In this document: one piece after another, positions 9,082 to 18,569 of the stretch | Position numbering within the stretch: the first letter of the stretch is position 1 | How the letters are laid out: each line of letters opens with the position of its first letter | DNA from: a virus | Lineage: Duplodnaviria; Caudoviricetes | DNA length: 24,746 nucleotides | IMG/VR virus record: IMGVR_UViG_3300035562_000016 | Span: 1 to 24,746 of that record | Direction: 5' to 3' (one strand) | Notes under the pieces: model-generated | What the model was told of the DNA's origin: nothing | Databases searched by the model: none | What the model saw: only the letters and a program-made list of their open reading frames with translations | Translations under genes and position numbers: made by a program

Positions 9082-9096
9082 CTCTTGATAATCATT

Positions 9097-10929
9097 TCAA
9101 TTCACAGCAGTAGCAAATGATGAGTTCGTTGTTGCCCTTTTCGCCTGCTGATTAATGCTTTGCGTAAGAGAATCGACAGTCTGAGGATTGCTGTTAACGT
9201 TCACTGTGTTGATATGGGTGCTATTGGTAATCTGAGATTGTCCACCACCAGATGCCAGCTCATACGGCCTACTGTCAGCCATCCTACCCTGTGTGGCGTA
9301 GTAGTTTCTGGCGTTACCCATGTTGCCGTACACCTTGCCAGTGTATTCTCTGGTTTCTTTGGGAAGCTGAGAAATGTCACTGCCATTGGCGATCCACTTA
9401 TCAACGTTACCCATTCCCCAGTTGTAGGCGCGGAGAGCGTTATCGACATTCCCATCGTACCGCTTCAGCAGTTGTCGCATATAAACCGATGCGGCCGCGC
9501 GGGATTTGCTTGGGTCTAGTCTGTCGTCAACCTGTGAATTAACGCGAAGTCCAAGGTCTCTGGCCGTATCAGGAATGAATTGATATTCCCCAGCGGCTCC
9601 TGACGTAGCGTTGTAAGCAAGAGGATTCCCGCTTGATTCTGTCATCATTATGCCGTGAAGCAGGTCATCCATTCCAGATGAGCCAGACTCCCTTGCGGAT
9701 TGCCCATACTGCTCCGGCTCACCAAGCCCAAAATAGGATTTAATAGAATCCCATGTCATGAATGGTTTTTTATCTTCATGAACCTTGTCATAGAGATAAG
9801 AGCCAACGTCCTTACCTTGCTTTCTTGCTTCATCCCGCGCCTCGTCCACGCCGTGACTTGCTGCGGCCGCTGCGATAGCACCCATGACTAATGGATTGGC
9901 TCTTAGCCCTGTTGCCAGAAGCAGTAGCAATGCAGTGGCACCACCAACGGAATCTGTGAGTTTTTTAATGGAGTCACCGGCATCTCGGAAGAAACCGATA
10001 ATGTCGCCATGGTGATCCTTAATCCAGTCACCGAATGCCTTCATGGCATTCATCACTTCCGGAGCAAACGCAATTGCAAGGTCTTGCCTCAGTCGGTCAA
10101 ACTCAGAGTCAAGTTGACCTAGTGTTGCCACTAAAGCCTCCTGTTCTTTCACCTGCTGCGCAGTGATGTTTGACTTCTTGGTCTCAGAATCGACAAGTGA
10201 TTTCAGCTCACCGGATTTAATTTTAGCTGCATCAGTCGGGTCAAAACCCGCAGCCGCCATTACCTGCATCAGGTTCTCTTGCGAATGAGATTTCCCATAG
10301 CGAGTGAATTCAGATAGCGCTTTATTCGGATCGCCAAGCCGGTTGATGTTCAGACCGGTACGAGCGCCAAGCACCATCAGGTTCTGTGCAGCGCCGGTTA
10401 ACCCACCAAACACCGTTGGGTCAGCGATGTTAGCCAGTGCCATACGAGCACTACCGGATGCACCAATGAAGGCATCGCCGTTGAGCCCTGCTTGTTGGAA
10501 TCCTCGACGAAGACCGAACATCTTATTCACATCGGTTCCGAAGAATTTAGCCTGGTTGCTGGCGCGAACGATTTCGTTTGATGTGGAGGTAAAGAGTTGC
10601 TTAATGCCATACAGGCCAGCACCAATCCCAAGGAACCCGGCTGCAGCAACATATGCACCACGGAATGAAGATGCAGCTGATGCCCCGAACTTTTTAACAT
10701 CAAAGGTGGCATCAGAAATTACCCTTCCAGTTTTCCGCGTAGACCGTTGAATGTCATCTCCAGTCTTAACGATAACCTTGCCAGTCTCTTTGGAGGTTTC
10801 GTCTATCCCGTCAAAACTTTTTTCAACTGTGTCCTGAAGCTCTTTAACTCCTTCTTCAACCTTCTTCTTGCCGTTCAGGAACTCATCAGCCTTGATTGTG
10901 ACCTTATAGGCCAACTCATTGATAATCAT
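9097..10929 (-). CDS. Tape measure protein with C-terminal lytic transglycosylase (SLT) domain
   Basis: Ala/Gly-rich helical body after the chaperone genes; SLT motifs 'MTESSGNP', 'GAAGEYQFIPDTA', 'ALRAYNWGMGNV', 'ETREYTGKV'. Confidence 0.9.
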   Translation of the reverse strand: MIINELAYKVTIKADEFLNGKKKVEEGVKELQDTVEKSFDGIDETSKETGKVIVKTGDDIQRSTRKTGRVISDATFDVKKFGASAASSFRGAYVAAAGFLGIGAGLYGIKQLFTSTSNEIVRASNQAKFFGTDVNKMFGLRRGFQQAGLNGDAFIGASGSARMALANIADPTVFGGLTGAAQNLMVLGARTGLNINRLGDPNKALSEFTRYGKSHSQENLMQVMAAAGFDPTDAAKIKSGELKSLVDSETKKSNITAQQVKEQEALVATLGQLDSEFDRLRQDLAIAFAPEVMNAMKAFGDWIKDHHGDIIGFFRDAGDSIKKLTDSVGGATALLLLLATGLRANPLVMGAIAAAAASHGVDEARDEARKQGKDVGSYLYDKVHEDKKPFMTWDSIKSYFGLGEPEQYGQSARESGSSGMDDLLHGIMMTESSGNPLAYNATSGAAGEYQFIPDTARDLGLRVNSQVDDRLDPSKSRAAASVYMRQLLKRYDGNVDNALRAYNWGMGNVDKWIANGSDISQLPKETREYTGKVYGNMGNARNYYATQGRMADSRPYELASGGGQSQITNSTHINTVNVNSNPQTVDSLTQSINQQAKRATTNSSFATAVN

Positions 10930-11165
10930 CGTTGCTCCTGATGCTTATGCCAGACGCGTTGGTTGAAGTTTTCAACGGATATGATTTCCAGCAGGTTGTA
11001 CATATCTGCTACGGAAAGCTTCTCCTGAAGGTCCAGATAAGAGGCTTTGCCGGAGCAGATAATTGCGTTTATCGCTGAAGAGACGTTTACAGGCGAGACC
11101 AGCTTTGCCGGAAGAGACTCTTCATCCATGAAGGGATATTTTACTCTCCGGCGATCGTTAAAAAA
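10926..11165 (-). CDS. C-terminal (T) part of the tail assembly chaperone G-T, reached by -1 frameshift
   Basis: The -1 frame is open from the slippery site through FNDRRRVKYPF into the 67-aa ORF MDEESLP..., which ends overlapping the tape measure start. Confidence 0.75.
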   Translation of the reverse strand, partial: FFNDRRRVKYPFMDEESLPAKLVSPVNVSSAINAIICSGKASYLDLQEKLSVADMYNLLEIISVENFNQRVWHKHQEQR

Positions 11166-11551
11166 TCAAAGTTCACCTGGAATACTTTATCCAGCAAGGT
11201 TCGGATGGTGGAGACTTCTTCGAAATCCAGGGAACCATTCACCTTACGCTGCTGCTGTTTTCCGTCATTGGTGATGATGATATCCACAGTAGACATCAGT
11301 CGGTCACGCAGTTCGCGAGCGATATCAGGCGAGGATGCGGAGATTACACTCAGGCCAACAGTTGCCAGCCCCGCACATCCCATGGCGATCACATCCGCTG
11401 GAATTTCGCTAAAGTTAGAATCACCCATTGCGCGGAAGATATCCTGAGCCAGAGTGTCGGCATCCCATGCCGACATTTCTGTGATGAGAAATTCTTTCCC
11501 TTTATCGCGTCCTTCTTCTTCCACGACGAAGGGAATCTCTTTTCGTGCCAT
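11141..11551 (-). CDS. Tail assembly chaperone (G)
   Basis: 136 aa between tube and tape measure genes, with a 3' slippery site; 'GRDKGKEFLITEMSA'. Confidence 0.8.
   Translation of the reverse strand: MARKEIPFVVEEEGRDKGKEFLITEMSAWDADTLAQDIFRAMGDSNFSEIPADVIAMGCAGLATVGLSVISASSPDIARELRDRLMSTVDIIITNDGKQQQRKVNGSLDFEEVSTIRTLLDKVFQVNFDFLTIAGE
11159..11165 (-). other. Programmed -1 ribosomal frameshift site T-TTT-TTA
   Basis: GAT TTT TTA near the chaperone 3' end fits X-XXY-YYZ in the correct phase; stem-loop begins 6 nt downstream. Confidence 0.8.
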
Positions 11552-11985
11552 CAGATAGCGCTCCGTGTAACTGTCTCAAAGTGGAATACTGCCGGGCGAG
11601 GCTGCAGTACTCGACGGCCAGGAGGTGTTGGCGTCCAGGTATAAAGAACTCCGTTAACAAAGTTCCATTTCGCACCAAGCGCCGGCACGGTTAGCACCGC
11701 GTTACACGCAAAAGCAGAAATTGCTGTTCGCTCTGCAGCAATCCAGTCATCAATCAGGCTACTGGCATTAGATGTCGCCATTAGGTTGATGGTGAACTCT
11801 GTCGGGTTGAAGATGAAGCCAGCGTGGTATTTACCATCTGCAGACATCATGTCTTCTTTGTTCTGCAACGCGCCGGTTTCAAACATGTTGTCGGCTGAAT
11901 AATCATCTACATCAAAACCGCCAGGGTAATAAGCAGGTACGACGATGCGCAGCTTACTATTTGCGCTAGTAATATCGATAGGCAT
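11551..11985 (-). CDS. Tail tube protein
   Basis: 144 aa beta-rich protein directly after the sheath; 'DITSANS', 'MSADGKYHAGFI'. Confidence 0.75.
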   Translation of the reverse strand: MPIDITSANSKLRIVVPAYYPGGFDVDDYSADNMFETGALQNKEDMMSADGKYHAGFIFNPTEFTINLMATSNASSLIDDWIAAERTAISAFACNAVLTVPALGAKWNFVNGVLYTWTPTPPGRRVLQPRPAVFHFETVTRSAI

Positions 11986-11996
11986 TGTTTATTCCC

Positions 11997-13487
11997 TTAT
12001 AGAATCGCGGTTGAGGACATATCGATGGATTGAATAAGCTGGCCGTCAACCCAGTAAAAGATTGCACCTTTCAGAGTTCGCTCAAGACGAGCCGCACCAG
12101 TCTGTGTAGGGATGAACAGATACCAACCCTCAGAATAAAGCGTTGCGGAAATATCCTTGCCAACCGTGTTGTTCACGATGCGAATTTGTGCCTGGTCAAG
12201 CACGACCCCGCGTTGGATTGCTCCGAACGTCAGGGCCTGATTGGCAACATCAATCGTCGCTGCCTGAATAGCTCCATAACCGTTTTGGTTGAATGGGTAT
12301 GACTGATTATTGGTGAACAGATTCGCATATGCACCGACGAGGTTGGCGTTAATCCATACCTGGTCAATGAAGCTATCCAGCCAGACAAACTTGCCAGTAA
12401 TCGCGCCATCAGAAGCATACTGAGCCATTGTCTTATTCAGACTGTATGAGCCGTAGAAGTTGTAGCCATTCGACTTCAACGCTTGTGCTGTAGCAAGGTC
12501 ACTCACATTCGGAGCCAGCCCTGAGAATCCGCGGAACTTGAACGAAATTCGCCCATTGGTTCGCGCAAAGTCTACCGATGCGGCATATGCTAGCGCAGTA
12601 ACGCTGTACAAATATGAGCCGTACACCGGGAAGATATTTTCATAGCCGTTAGCCACAACCACCTTCTGCACGAAGCAGTTAGCATTGTTTGCCACAGTCC
12701 CGGCGGACGTTGTGTCATGGACCACATATCCGAAACGGTTTTTGCTGCCGCTAGACCATGCACACAGCTCAGTTTTCTGGTTATCGGTCAATTCGACCAG
12801 TGAGTTAAACAGAATCCAGTTCTGGTTGACATTGATGATGTTATTCATCGTGTCTGTCAGCGTGACTACATCAGAACCCGGAGACACGATTGCGGCTGTA
12901 GCCTGCGTCAGTAATAGACCAGTAGCTAAAGCGCTATCAGCCGCGTAGGAAACCTCACTAGCCGCGCCAGTGGTTGCAGAGCGGATAATGAATCGGTTAG
13001 CTATTGGCAGCCACTCTACAGCTACCTTGCTCGCGCCAATTCCTGTTTCAAGCTTGTCAGCAATATCAGAGAAGCTCGTCGCCGCCGAGAGGTCAATTGA
13101 CGCACTGGTGACTGAGGTTCCGTCAACAGAAAGAGTGATTGTGCCTGCAGGAATTTCTTTCAACGTGGCAAGAGACACGCCTTTCAGGTTTCCTGACAGG
13201 AGATATCCAGCCACTGGCGCAGTTACGATGCGGTACATCAGCAATTCACCCGGGATAACGGATGAGTTTTCGTAGCCATTAAAATACTGCTGCGCTGCAA
13301 GGAATTCTTTTGAAGTACTTCCCATCAGCGCCGATACGTCAGCAGCAGTGAAATAGGATGCCACAGTGCCGACCGGGATAAGCTCATTATCGGTCAGCAT
13401 CAGGCCGTTAGCATCAACCGCAGAACCGGCAGGTGTAACGACATTGGGCGTGATGTTAAAATCTACGGATAAAGGGATTGTGCTCAT
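11997..13487 (-). CDS. Tail sheath protein (DUF3383-like)
   Basis: 496 aa; 'NGRISFKFR', 'NGYNFYGSY', 'WLDSFIDQVWIN', 'YPFNQNGY'; position. Confidence 0.88.
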   Translation of the reverse strand: MSTIPLSVDFNITPNVVTPAGSAVDANGLMLTDNELIPVGTVASYFTAADVSALMGSTSKEFLAAQQYFNGYENSSVIPGELLMYRIVTAPVAGYLLSGNLKGVSLATLKEIPAGTITLSVDGTSVTSASIDLSAATSFSDIADKLETGIGASKVAVEWLPIANRFIIRSATTGAASEVSYAADSALATGLLLTQATAAIVSPGSDVVTLTDTMNNIINVNQNWILFNSLVELTDNQKTELCAWSSGSKNRFGYVVHDTTSAGTVANNANCFVQKVVVANGYENIFPVYGSYLYSVTALAYAASVDFARTNGRISFKFRGFSGLAPNVSDLATAQALKSNGYNFYGSYSLNKTMAQYASDGAITGKFVWLDSFIDQVWINANLVGAYANLFTNNQSYPFNQNGYGAIQAATIDVANQALTFGAIQRGVVLDQAQIRIVNNTVGKDISATLYSEGWYLFIPTQTGAARLERTLKGAIFYWVDGQLIQSIDMSSTAIL

Positions 13488-13999
13488 TGGCGTCCATCCA
13501 CCTGTTCAGTTGTAATTTCTGCTTTGTCAAAGTAGTCCTGCGGGAACGACACAGCGATGTGTGCTTGCGCAGATAAGGTTAACACCCATCTCTCCTGCCA
13601 CTGACTTTCACCATCAATCATGGCGGCATTGAATGGGGCGGTTGAATAAAGAGGTGCAAGCCTCTCATCTAGGGATTTTATTTTGTCGTAGCCGTAACTA
13701 CTGGCAAAAGTGGTTTCCAGTGCAATTGCGCGATCTGCTGCACCCTGACCATATACATCAACCTGTATATCAAACTGTCTTACCTCCGTATAAGCCATCT
13801 GGCTTGTAGCGGGAGAGCCAGTATCCAATTGGATATCTCTAGTTGTAGAGAGTCTCTTTGGGGTAAGCGGGGTCAGGATGCAGAACTGGCCTTTTTGCAT
13901 CGGCACCCTGTTAGCCTGTGCCTGCTGGCAAATACCGGCTATGGGTTCGATGTAATCCGCCAGAACGTCGATTACGTTGTCTACGGTGAAGTCATTCAT
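13484..13999 (-). CDS. Tail terminator/neck protein
   Basis: 'QANRVP', 'DIQVDVYG', 'QWQERW'; directly upstream of the sheath; ATG 13999 overlaps the upstream TGA. Confidence 0.7.
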   Translation of the reverse strand: MNDFTVDNVIDVLADYIEPIAGICQQAQANRVPMQKGQFCILTPLTPKRLSTTRDIQLDTGSPATSQMAYTEVRQFDIQVDVYGQGAADRAIALETTFASSYGYDKIKSLDERLAPLYSTAPFNAAMIDGESQWQERWVLTLSAQAHIAVSFPQDYFDKAEITTEQVDGRQ

Positions 14000-14367
14000 G
14001 GGCTCACCTGCAATACTGCAATGAGGCGACACCAATCAGGCCAAAGCTCTACCGGCTCAACAACCAGCCATTGCTCACTGCCAATGACGAAAATATCGCC
14101 GCCCTGCTCCATTTCACGCTGCACGCTGAAGTAGTTGCCATTGACATAAATCACCTTCGCCAGACCCTGAATATTCAGGCCGTCGACGTGCTGCATGTCG
14201 CCGCGACTGATTGGTTGTAGTTGAATGATGACGCTCTGGTCAGGAAGGTAAGACGGAACCGGCTTGCGACCGGGGCCGATGGTTTCACCGGCGTATTTCT
14301 TCAGGATTGCTGGGATATTCGGGTTGATGCTGGTGATCGCGTTATTGGCTATCTGTCGAAGATTCAA
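13996..14367 (-). CDS. Head closure/head-tail connector protein
   Basis: 123 aa, 'QLQPIS...HVDGLNIQG...WLVVEPVELWPDW'; TTG start with GAGG. Confidence 0.65.
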   Translation of the reverse strand: MNLRQIANNAITSINPNIPAILKKYAGETIGPGRKPVPSYLPDQSVIIQLQPISRGDMQHVDGLNIQGLAKVIYVNGNYFSVQREMEQGGDIFVIGSEQWLVVEPVELWPDWCRLIAVLQVSP

Positions 14368-14788
14368 TTTCGCTCACCTCATAACTGACGCTGTTTAACA
14401 TGTTGGATGTATCAATCAGCGGTTTATCGAACCCTTTTCTCGCTATCGTCACCGGGGACAGTGGCGGTGCATCAAGTTGTCTTATGGACTCTTTGATGTC
14501 ATCAACAATGATTTCACCCAGAAGCGAAAGCACATCTCGAGTATCACCACCATTTCCAATCAGCCTTGTCATTGCTTCCTGCCACTCACCTTCATTGGTT
14601 GAAATGGCATTCCTGAAGTAAGGACGCGGAGGTTGATTGTTTGCTGGATTACCGAATTCGTTAGTTGCCGCCACCATTGGAACCGGAGTTCCGTCTGGAT
14701 ACGTAGCACCTTCAAGAAATCCAGCCTTTAGCTGGAGATCTGAAAAATCACCGGCAATTTTATTAAGCTCATCCATCACCTTATCCAT
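14342..14788 (-). CDS. Neck/tail completion protein
   Basis: 'NEFG...PPRPYFR', 'TIARKGFDKPLIDTSNMLNSVSY' typical of phage virion morphogenesis proteins. Confidence 0.7.
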   Translation of the reverse strand: MDKVMDELNKIAGDFSDLQLKAGFLEGATYPDGTPVPMVAATNEFGNPANNQPPRPYFRNAISTNEGEWQEAMTRLIGNGGDTRDVLSLLGEIIVDDIKESIRQLDAPPLSPVTIARKGFDKPLIDTSNMLNSVSYEVSEIESSTDSQ

Positions 14789-15219
14789 CAGTATCTCCGG
14801 TAATATCCGTAGGGATAATTTGATGGGGAGTGACCGCTTATGTACTGGAAGGTGCGGAATGGTGCCGTAGCATTCCAGTAATCAGCGCCATACTTTGTTT
14901 GCATGTACCATGCTGAGTTTGCTGTTACCCCTGGCATATCCGCATGAACGCTAACTGAACCCTCTGAAGCGCTGTCGATTCTCCCAACCAATCCGGATGG
15001 TGACTGCCCATTAGCGCCCGAGTAAAGAAAGGCGATATGGGCAACCAGCATATTCAGCAGCATTGCGCGGACAGCCAAATCCGACACACGACTGAAGTCT
15101 GTGTTATCGAGATAGATGGTTGCCTGGGTGAAATACTGCTGGAGTAGTGCGTCGTCGACAGATGAGAATTCAGGGTAACGTAGCTTAAATGCGGCGGGGT
15201 CAAATATTACGACGCCCAT
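14788..15219 (-). CDS. Head-tail adaptor (DUF4054-like)
   Basis: 'FKLRYPEF', 'LVAHIA', 'SASEGSVSV', '[12 protein letters not shown]'. Confidence 0.8.
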   Translation of the reverse strand: MGVVIFDPAAFKLRYPEFSSVDDALLQQYFTQATIYLDNTDFSRVSDLAVRAMLLNMLVAHIAFLYSGANGQSPSGLVGRIDSASEGSVSVHADMPGVTANSAWYMQTKYGADYWNATAPFRTFQYISGHSPSNYPYGYYRRY

Positions 15220-15231
15220 TCACTGCTCCCG

Positions 15232-15579
15232 CTATTTGGTATCGGCCTTTTTAACACCATGGGCCGGATTTTCAGGGTCCATTCCTTCCAGACCGGTTTT
15301 CTCTTCAGCCAGTTCTTTCGCTTGCGCTTTCACGCTACGCTCGTCTTTCTGGATGAAAATGGCGTTGTTCTGGATATAAGCTGCATCCTGATACACGGCA
15401 ACAAACTTATCCATGAAGTCTTTTTCGACCTGAGTAATCCCAAAGGCACCTTCAGGAATAGCTCCGTCAAGACCACGTAGGGCGGTTGTTGCCGCCCCGT
15501 TCAGGATTACCGTTTTGCCGTCGATAGTGACCTGCAGTCCATTAGGCAATTTGCAGCCTACGCTTACCATTTCAGCCAT
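15232..15579 (-). CDS. Phage protein downstream of the major capsid gene, function unknown
   Basis: 115 aa, 'VGCKLPNGL' start; coupled within the operon. Confidence 0.7.
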   Translation of the reverse strand: MAEMVSVGCKLPNGLQVTIDGKTVILNGAATTALRGLDGAIPEGAFGITQVEKDFMDKFVAVYQDAAYIQNNAIFIQKDERSVKAQAKELAEEKTGLEGMDPENPAHGVKKADTK

Positions 15580-15582
15580 GAA

Positions 15583-16623
15583 TTAAACTCCAAGCAGGCC
15601 GGCGACAGCCAGCGGTTGACGAATGATTGCACCCCAGGTGCCACCTGTTTTCTTCTGCTTATAAGCAGAAAGGTCTACTACTACAGGATGTGCGCGCATT
15701 TTTTCGGTAAATGCACAGTAGCCAGTATCCTGACCATCCAGATCGTCAGCAATGAGCTGAACAAGCTGACCTGATGCGGTGTTGTACTCAACAGCAGTAA
15801 CAACGCGCAGGTTCGGGAAGTTTTTCTTCAACTGGTCTGAAACGTTCACGTTATACATGTTCGTTTTGGTCAGATTAGCTTCAGATTCAGGAGACATCGC
15901 CAGCGTCATTTTGCTGTCGCGCTCAACATAGCCCTTAGTCTGGGTGATTAACTGCTTGTACAGCGCCTGGATGTCGTCGTACACAGCCTGACCATCTTTG
16001 GTTGCCCAAGTGGTGCCACCACCAGTGCCAGTTGCCCCCGGGGTGATTGGTGCAGGAAGATTAGGGTCGTTCAGAATGCCGTAGTTCTTCAGACCAGCAA
16101 CGCCGAAGAAGTAAGACTTGTTCTGGAATTTGTTCAAGGTCAGCGCTGAAGCGGTGTTCAGTTGCTGAGCCCAGGCGATACGTCCTTCACCGTAGCGGTC
16201 CAGTTCAAGCTCACCCCACTGGGTGATGGTCTGATACAGGTAGGACTCACGCGCAACCCAGTTAACGTTCGCGCTCACCTGGCCATTGTTGTTGTAGTCG
16301 CCATAACTGGAGACCTGACCGGTAGATTCTACGACCGGGAACTGCGCGGTCATGGTAGTCCAGTCGCCTTTTTTGGTTTCACCCATGATTTCCACCGCTT
16401 TCATCGGGGTAACCAGGATGCGAATCAGCTCAGGGTCAACGTAGTTGGTGAAATACCATGGAATGCCTGCGTTACTGGCGGTTACCAGTGTCGGCTGCGC
16501 ATCCATCGCGTAGGAATAGCTATTCGCTACCGCGTCAGTCAGATAGGCTTTGGCTTCAGGAAGTACTACGCCGTAATCCCGCTCAGCCATTGCTTTATGT
16601 TGTAAAAATTCTGCGTTGTTCAT
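15583..16623 (-). CDS. Major capsid protein (DUF2184-like, HK97 fold)
   Basis: 346 aa; 'KKGDW', 'YGDY', '[22 protein letters not shown]', 'FTEKMRAH'; position. Confidence 0.88.
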   Translation of the reverse strand: MNNAEFLQHKAMAERDYGVVLPEAKAYLTDAVANSYSYAMDAQPTLVTASNAGIPWYFTNYVDPELIRILVTPMKAVEIMGETKKGDWTTMTAQFPVVESTGQVSSYGDYNNNGQVSANVNWVARESYLYQTITQWGELELDRYGEGRIAWAQQLNTASALTLNKFQNKSYFFGVAGLKNYGILNDPNLPAPITPGATGTGGGTTWATKDGQAVYDDIQALYKQLITQTKGYVERDSKMTLAMSPESEANLTKTNMYNVNVSDQLKKNFPNLRVVTAVEYNTASGQLVQLIADDLDGQDTGYCAFTEKMRAHPVVVDLSAYKQKKTGGTWGAIIRQPLAVAGLLGV

Positions 16624-16626
16624 CGA

Positions 16627-17106
16627 TTAGCTCCAGGTGCCCATCTGAATAAGTTCGCCAGCAGCGCCAACGCTACCAACCACAAATTTGGTCTCTACAT
16701 AACCAGCAACAGTTGCTCCAGCAGCGCCGGTGGTAATAGAGCCATCTGACAGTTTGGCGAAAATTTTCTGCCCTACTGTTGCCGCTCCTGCGGTGCGCAC
16801 CCAGAAATCACCTGCCGTCATCAGAGTCATCTGGAAGCCAGGCTGAACAGTCATTGATGCTTCAGCCAGCCAGGTGGTGATTGAAGCCTGACCCTCGCGA
16901 TGAACGAAGCCGGCTGGAACTCCAGTGCCGGTATTGTCTACCACGCCGTTCGTCACCCACCCGAAACGACCAACAACCACACCATTGGTGCCAGCTACCA
17001 GAGCACCTTCACCCGCCAGCAAGCTTGCCTTCGGGTTTGCAGAAGCGAAGTCACCTTCAACGCCAGGTGCCTGCTGCTGATTGATTACACTTTGAAAGCC
17101 GCTCAT
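16627..17106 (-). CDS. Capsid cement/decoration protein
   Basis: 159 aa Gly/Ala/Thr-rich; 'APGVEGDFASANP', 'GDFWV'; between protease and capsid genes. Confidence 0.7.
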   Translation of the reverse strand: MSGFQSVINQQQAPGVEGDFASANPKASLLAGEGALVAGTNGVVVGRFGWVTNGVVDNTGTGVPAGFVHREGQASITTWLAEASMTVQPGFQMTLMTAGDFWVRTAGAATVGQKIFAKLSDGSITTGAAGATVAGYVETKFVVGSVGAAGELIQMGTWS

Positions 17107-17109
17107 TGC

Positions 17110-18432
17110 TTAGCTCCGTTTCATTTTGGTTGCGCCAGGGAATGCTTTGGCGAAAGAAGATGTAGTCGCAGAGTCCATGCCAATAACATTGGCTGGCTTG
17201 CGAGCTTCTGATTTCTGGCTGATTGTGAACTCAACCATAGATTTCAGTGCCGAAGGGTGAACGCCTTTGTGGTTAGCGCCAACAGAGTCGAGAGCGAAAC
17301 GGTAGATGTCTTCTGCTGAATCCATTGCTACCAGGCTCACGTCGCCAACGAGAGAGCGCACGCACTCACGGGCTTCATTGGCCTGACGAATGCGCCCCAT
17401 GACATTCTCTTCAGCCTTACGGATTAATGCGGCATCCATAGCTGCTTTGTCCTCTTCGTCTTCGTCATCTTCATCTTCGGCTTTCTTGTCCTTTTCTTCG
17501 GACTCTTCGTCCATAGCCTTTTTGTCTTTGGCTTTTTTATCCTTCGCCTTTTCGCCTTCGCGCTCATCTTCGCGGTCGAGTTTTTTCTCTTCGTACTCGT
17601 CGCGCTTTTCTTTGTCCTTGATGTCTTTACGTTCGCGCTCGTCTTTCTCTTCCTCTTCGAGTTCGAGATTTTTCTTGACCGCTTTTTCGACTTCTTCGAG
17701 GTCTGCGTCTTGTGCCAGGAATGGCTTCAGAGCAGCCGCGAGTTGTTTGGCTTTTGCCATCTCTTTTAGCTCCAGTGATAATGAATCCCCGACAACGACG
17801 TCGGATCCGGCTCTGCCCTCTATTACGAGAGCAACGTGGTTCCCGACGATATCGCGCATTACGCCATCATATGGCTGACCTTCATGCACGCCGGGGGTCA
17901 TGTCAGCTACATATCTGTAGGCCGACGAAAGCTCTTTCTTCTCGTCCGTCTCAATTCCAGCGATGGAATCAGCGTCCCAGACAACAAGTGAGTTTTTGAG
18001 GTAAGTCCCGTCAAACTCAGAATCAGTACCAGTAGAGCCAACCACAGCCATCTTCTGAGGGTCTGCGGCTGTCACCGGAATGTGTTCGTTGAGGAGCGGG
18101 ATGTTGTTGAATGTGGTCGCCGCTTTTGCGAGTTCTTTGGGGTCGCGCAGCAGGTAGTAAACTTTGTCAGGCTGCAGGCCTAACGCTTTCGAGTTAGGGA
18201 TTTCACGGCCATAGTAGGGGCAGATGTTAGCCTTGCTGATTGGCGTCAGTTCGATGTGCAGGCGACCGTCCTTGTCAAAGGAGCGCACCGTTGCCCTGTC
18301 GAATGCCAAAGCGGAGTCACCAGCATAACCATTGGCATACGCCGCACGCTCAACCTCTTCTGCCTTTGCTTTTGTATCGAATGGCCCTTCTTTCCCCCAA
18401 TACCATTTGCCGTTTTTCTCTTCGACTGGCAT
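17110..18432 (-). CDS. Prohead protease/scaffold (DUF2213-like)
   Basis: 'ELSSAYRY', '[12 protein letters not shown]' in the protease domain, then a highly charged scaffold-like region. Confidence 0.85.
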   Translation of the reverse strand: MPVEEKNGKWYWGKEGPFDTKAKAEEVERAAYANGYAGDSALAFDRATVRSFDKDGRLHIELTPISKANICPYYGREIPNSKALGLQPDKVYYLLRDPKELAKAATTFNNIPLLNEHIPVTAADPQKMAVVGSTGTDSEFDGTYLKNSLVVWDADSIAGIETDEKKELSSAYRYVADMTPGVHEGQPYDGVMRDIVGNHVALVIEGRAGSDVVVGDSLSLELKEMAKAKQLAAALKPFLAQDADLEEVEKAVKKNLELEEEEKDERERKDIKDKEKRDEYEEKKLDREDEREGEKAKDKKAKDKKAMDEESEEKDKKAEDEDDEDEEDKAAMDAALIRKAEENVMGRIRQANEARECVRSLVGDVSLVAMDSAEDIYRFALDSVGANHKGVHPSALKSMVEFTISQKSEARKPANVIGMDSATTSSFAKAFPGATKMKRS

Positions 18433-18452
18433 GGATTTACCTTTCTTCAGGC

Positions 18453-18476
18453 AATAAAAAAGCCGCCTCAGCGACC
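18453..18476 (-). terminator. Rho-independent terminator-like hairpin
   Basis: GGTCGC-TGAG-GCGGCT stem (two G-U pairs) followed by TTTTTATT on the minus strand. Confidence 0.6.
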
Positions 18477-18569
18477 GTTGTTTTTCTTGAGCGACGTTAT
18501 TGTTAGTACGGCTATGATTAACCCGCCAAATATCAATGTCAGGCCTAGCGCCTTAAACACTTCAATCAT
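18468..18569 (-). CDS. Small single-pass membrane peptide, 33 aa ([33 protein letters not shown])
   Basis: ATG overlaps the MuF stop (ATGA); hydrophobic stretch plus basic tail; stop lies in the terminator loop; too short for the ORF track. Confidence 0.6.
   Translation of the reverse strand: MIEVFKALGLTLIFGGLIIAVLTITSLKKNNGR

Noticed and set aside
17390-17878. 162-aa Ser-rich plus-strand ORF
   Set aside because: Antisense shadow of the Glu/Lys/Asp-rich scaffold codons
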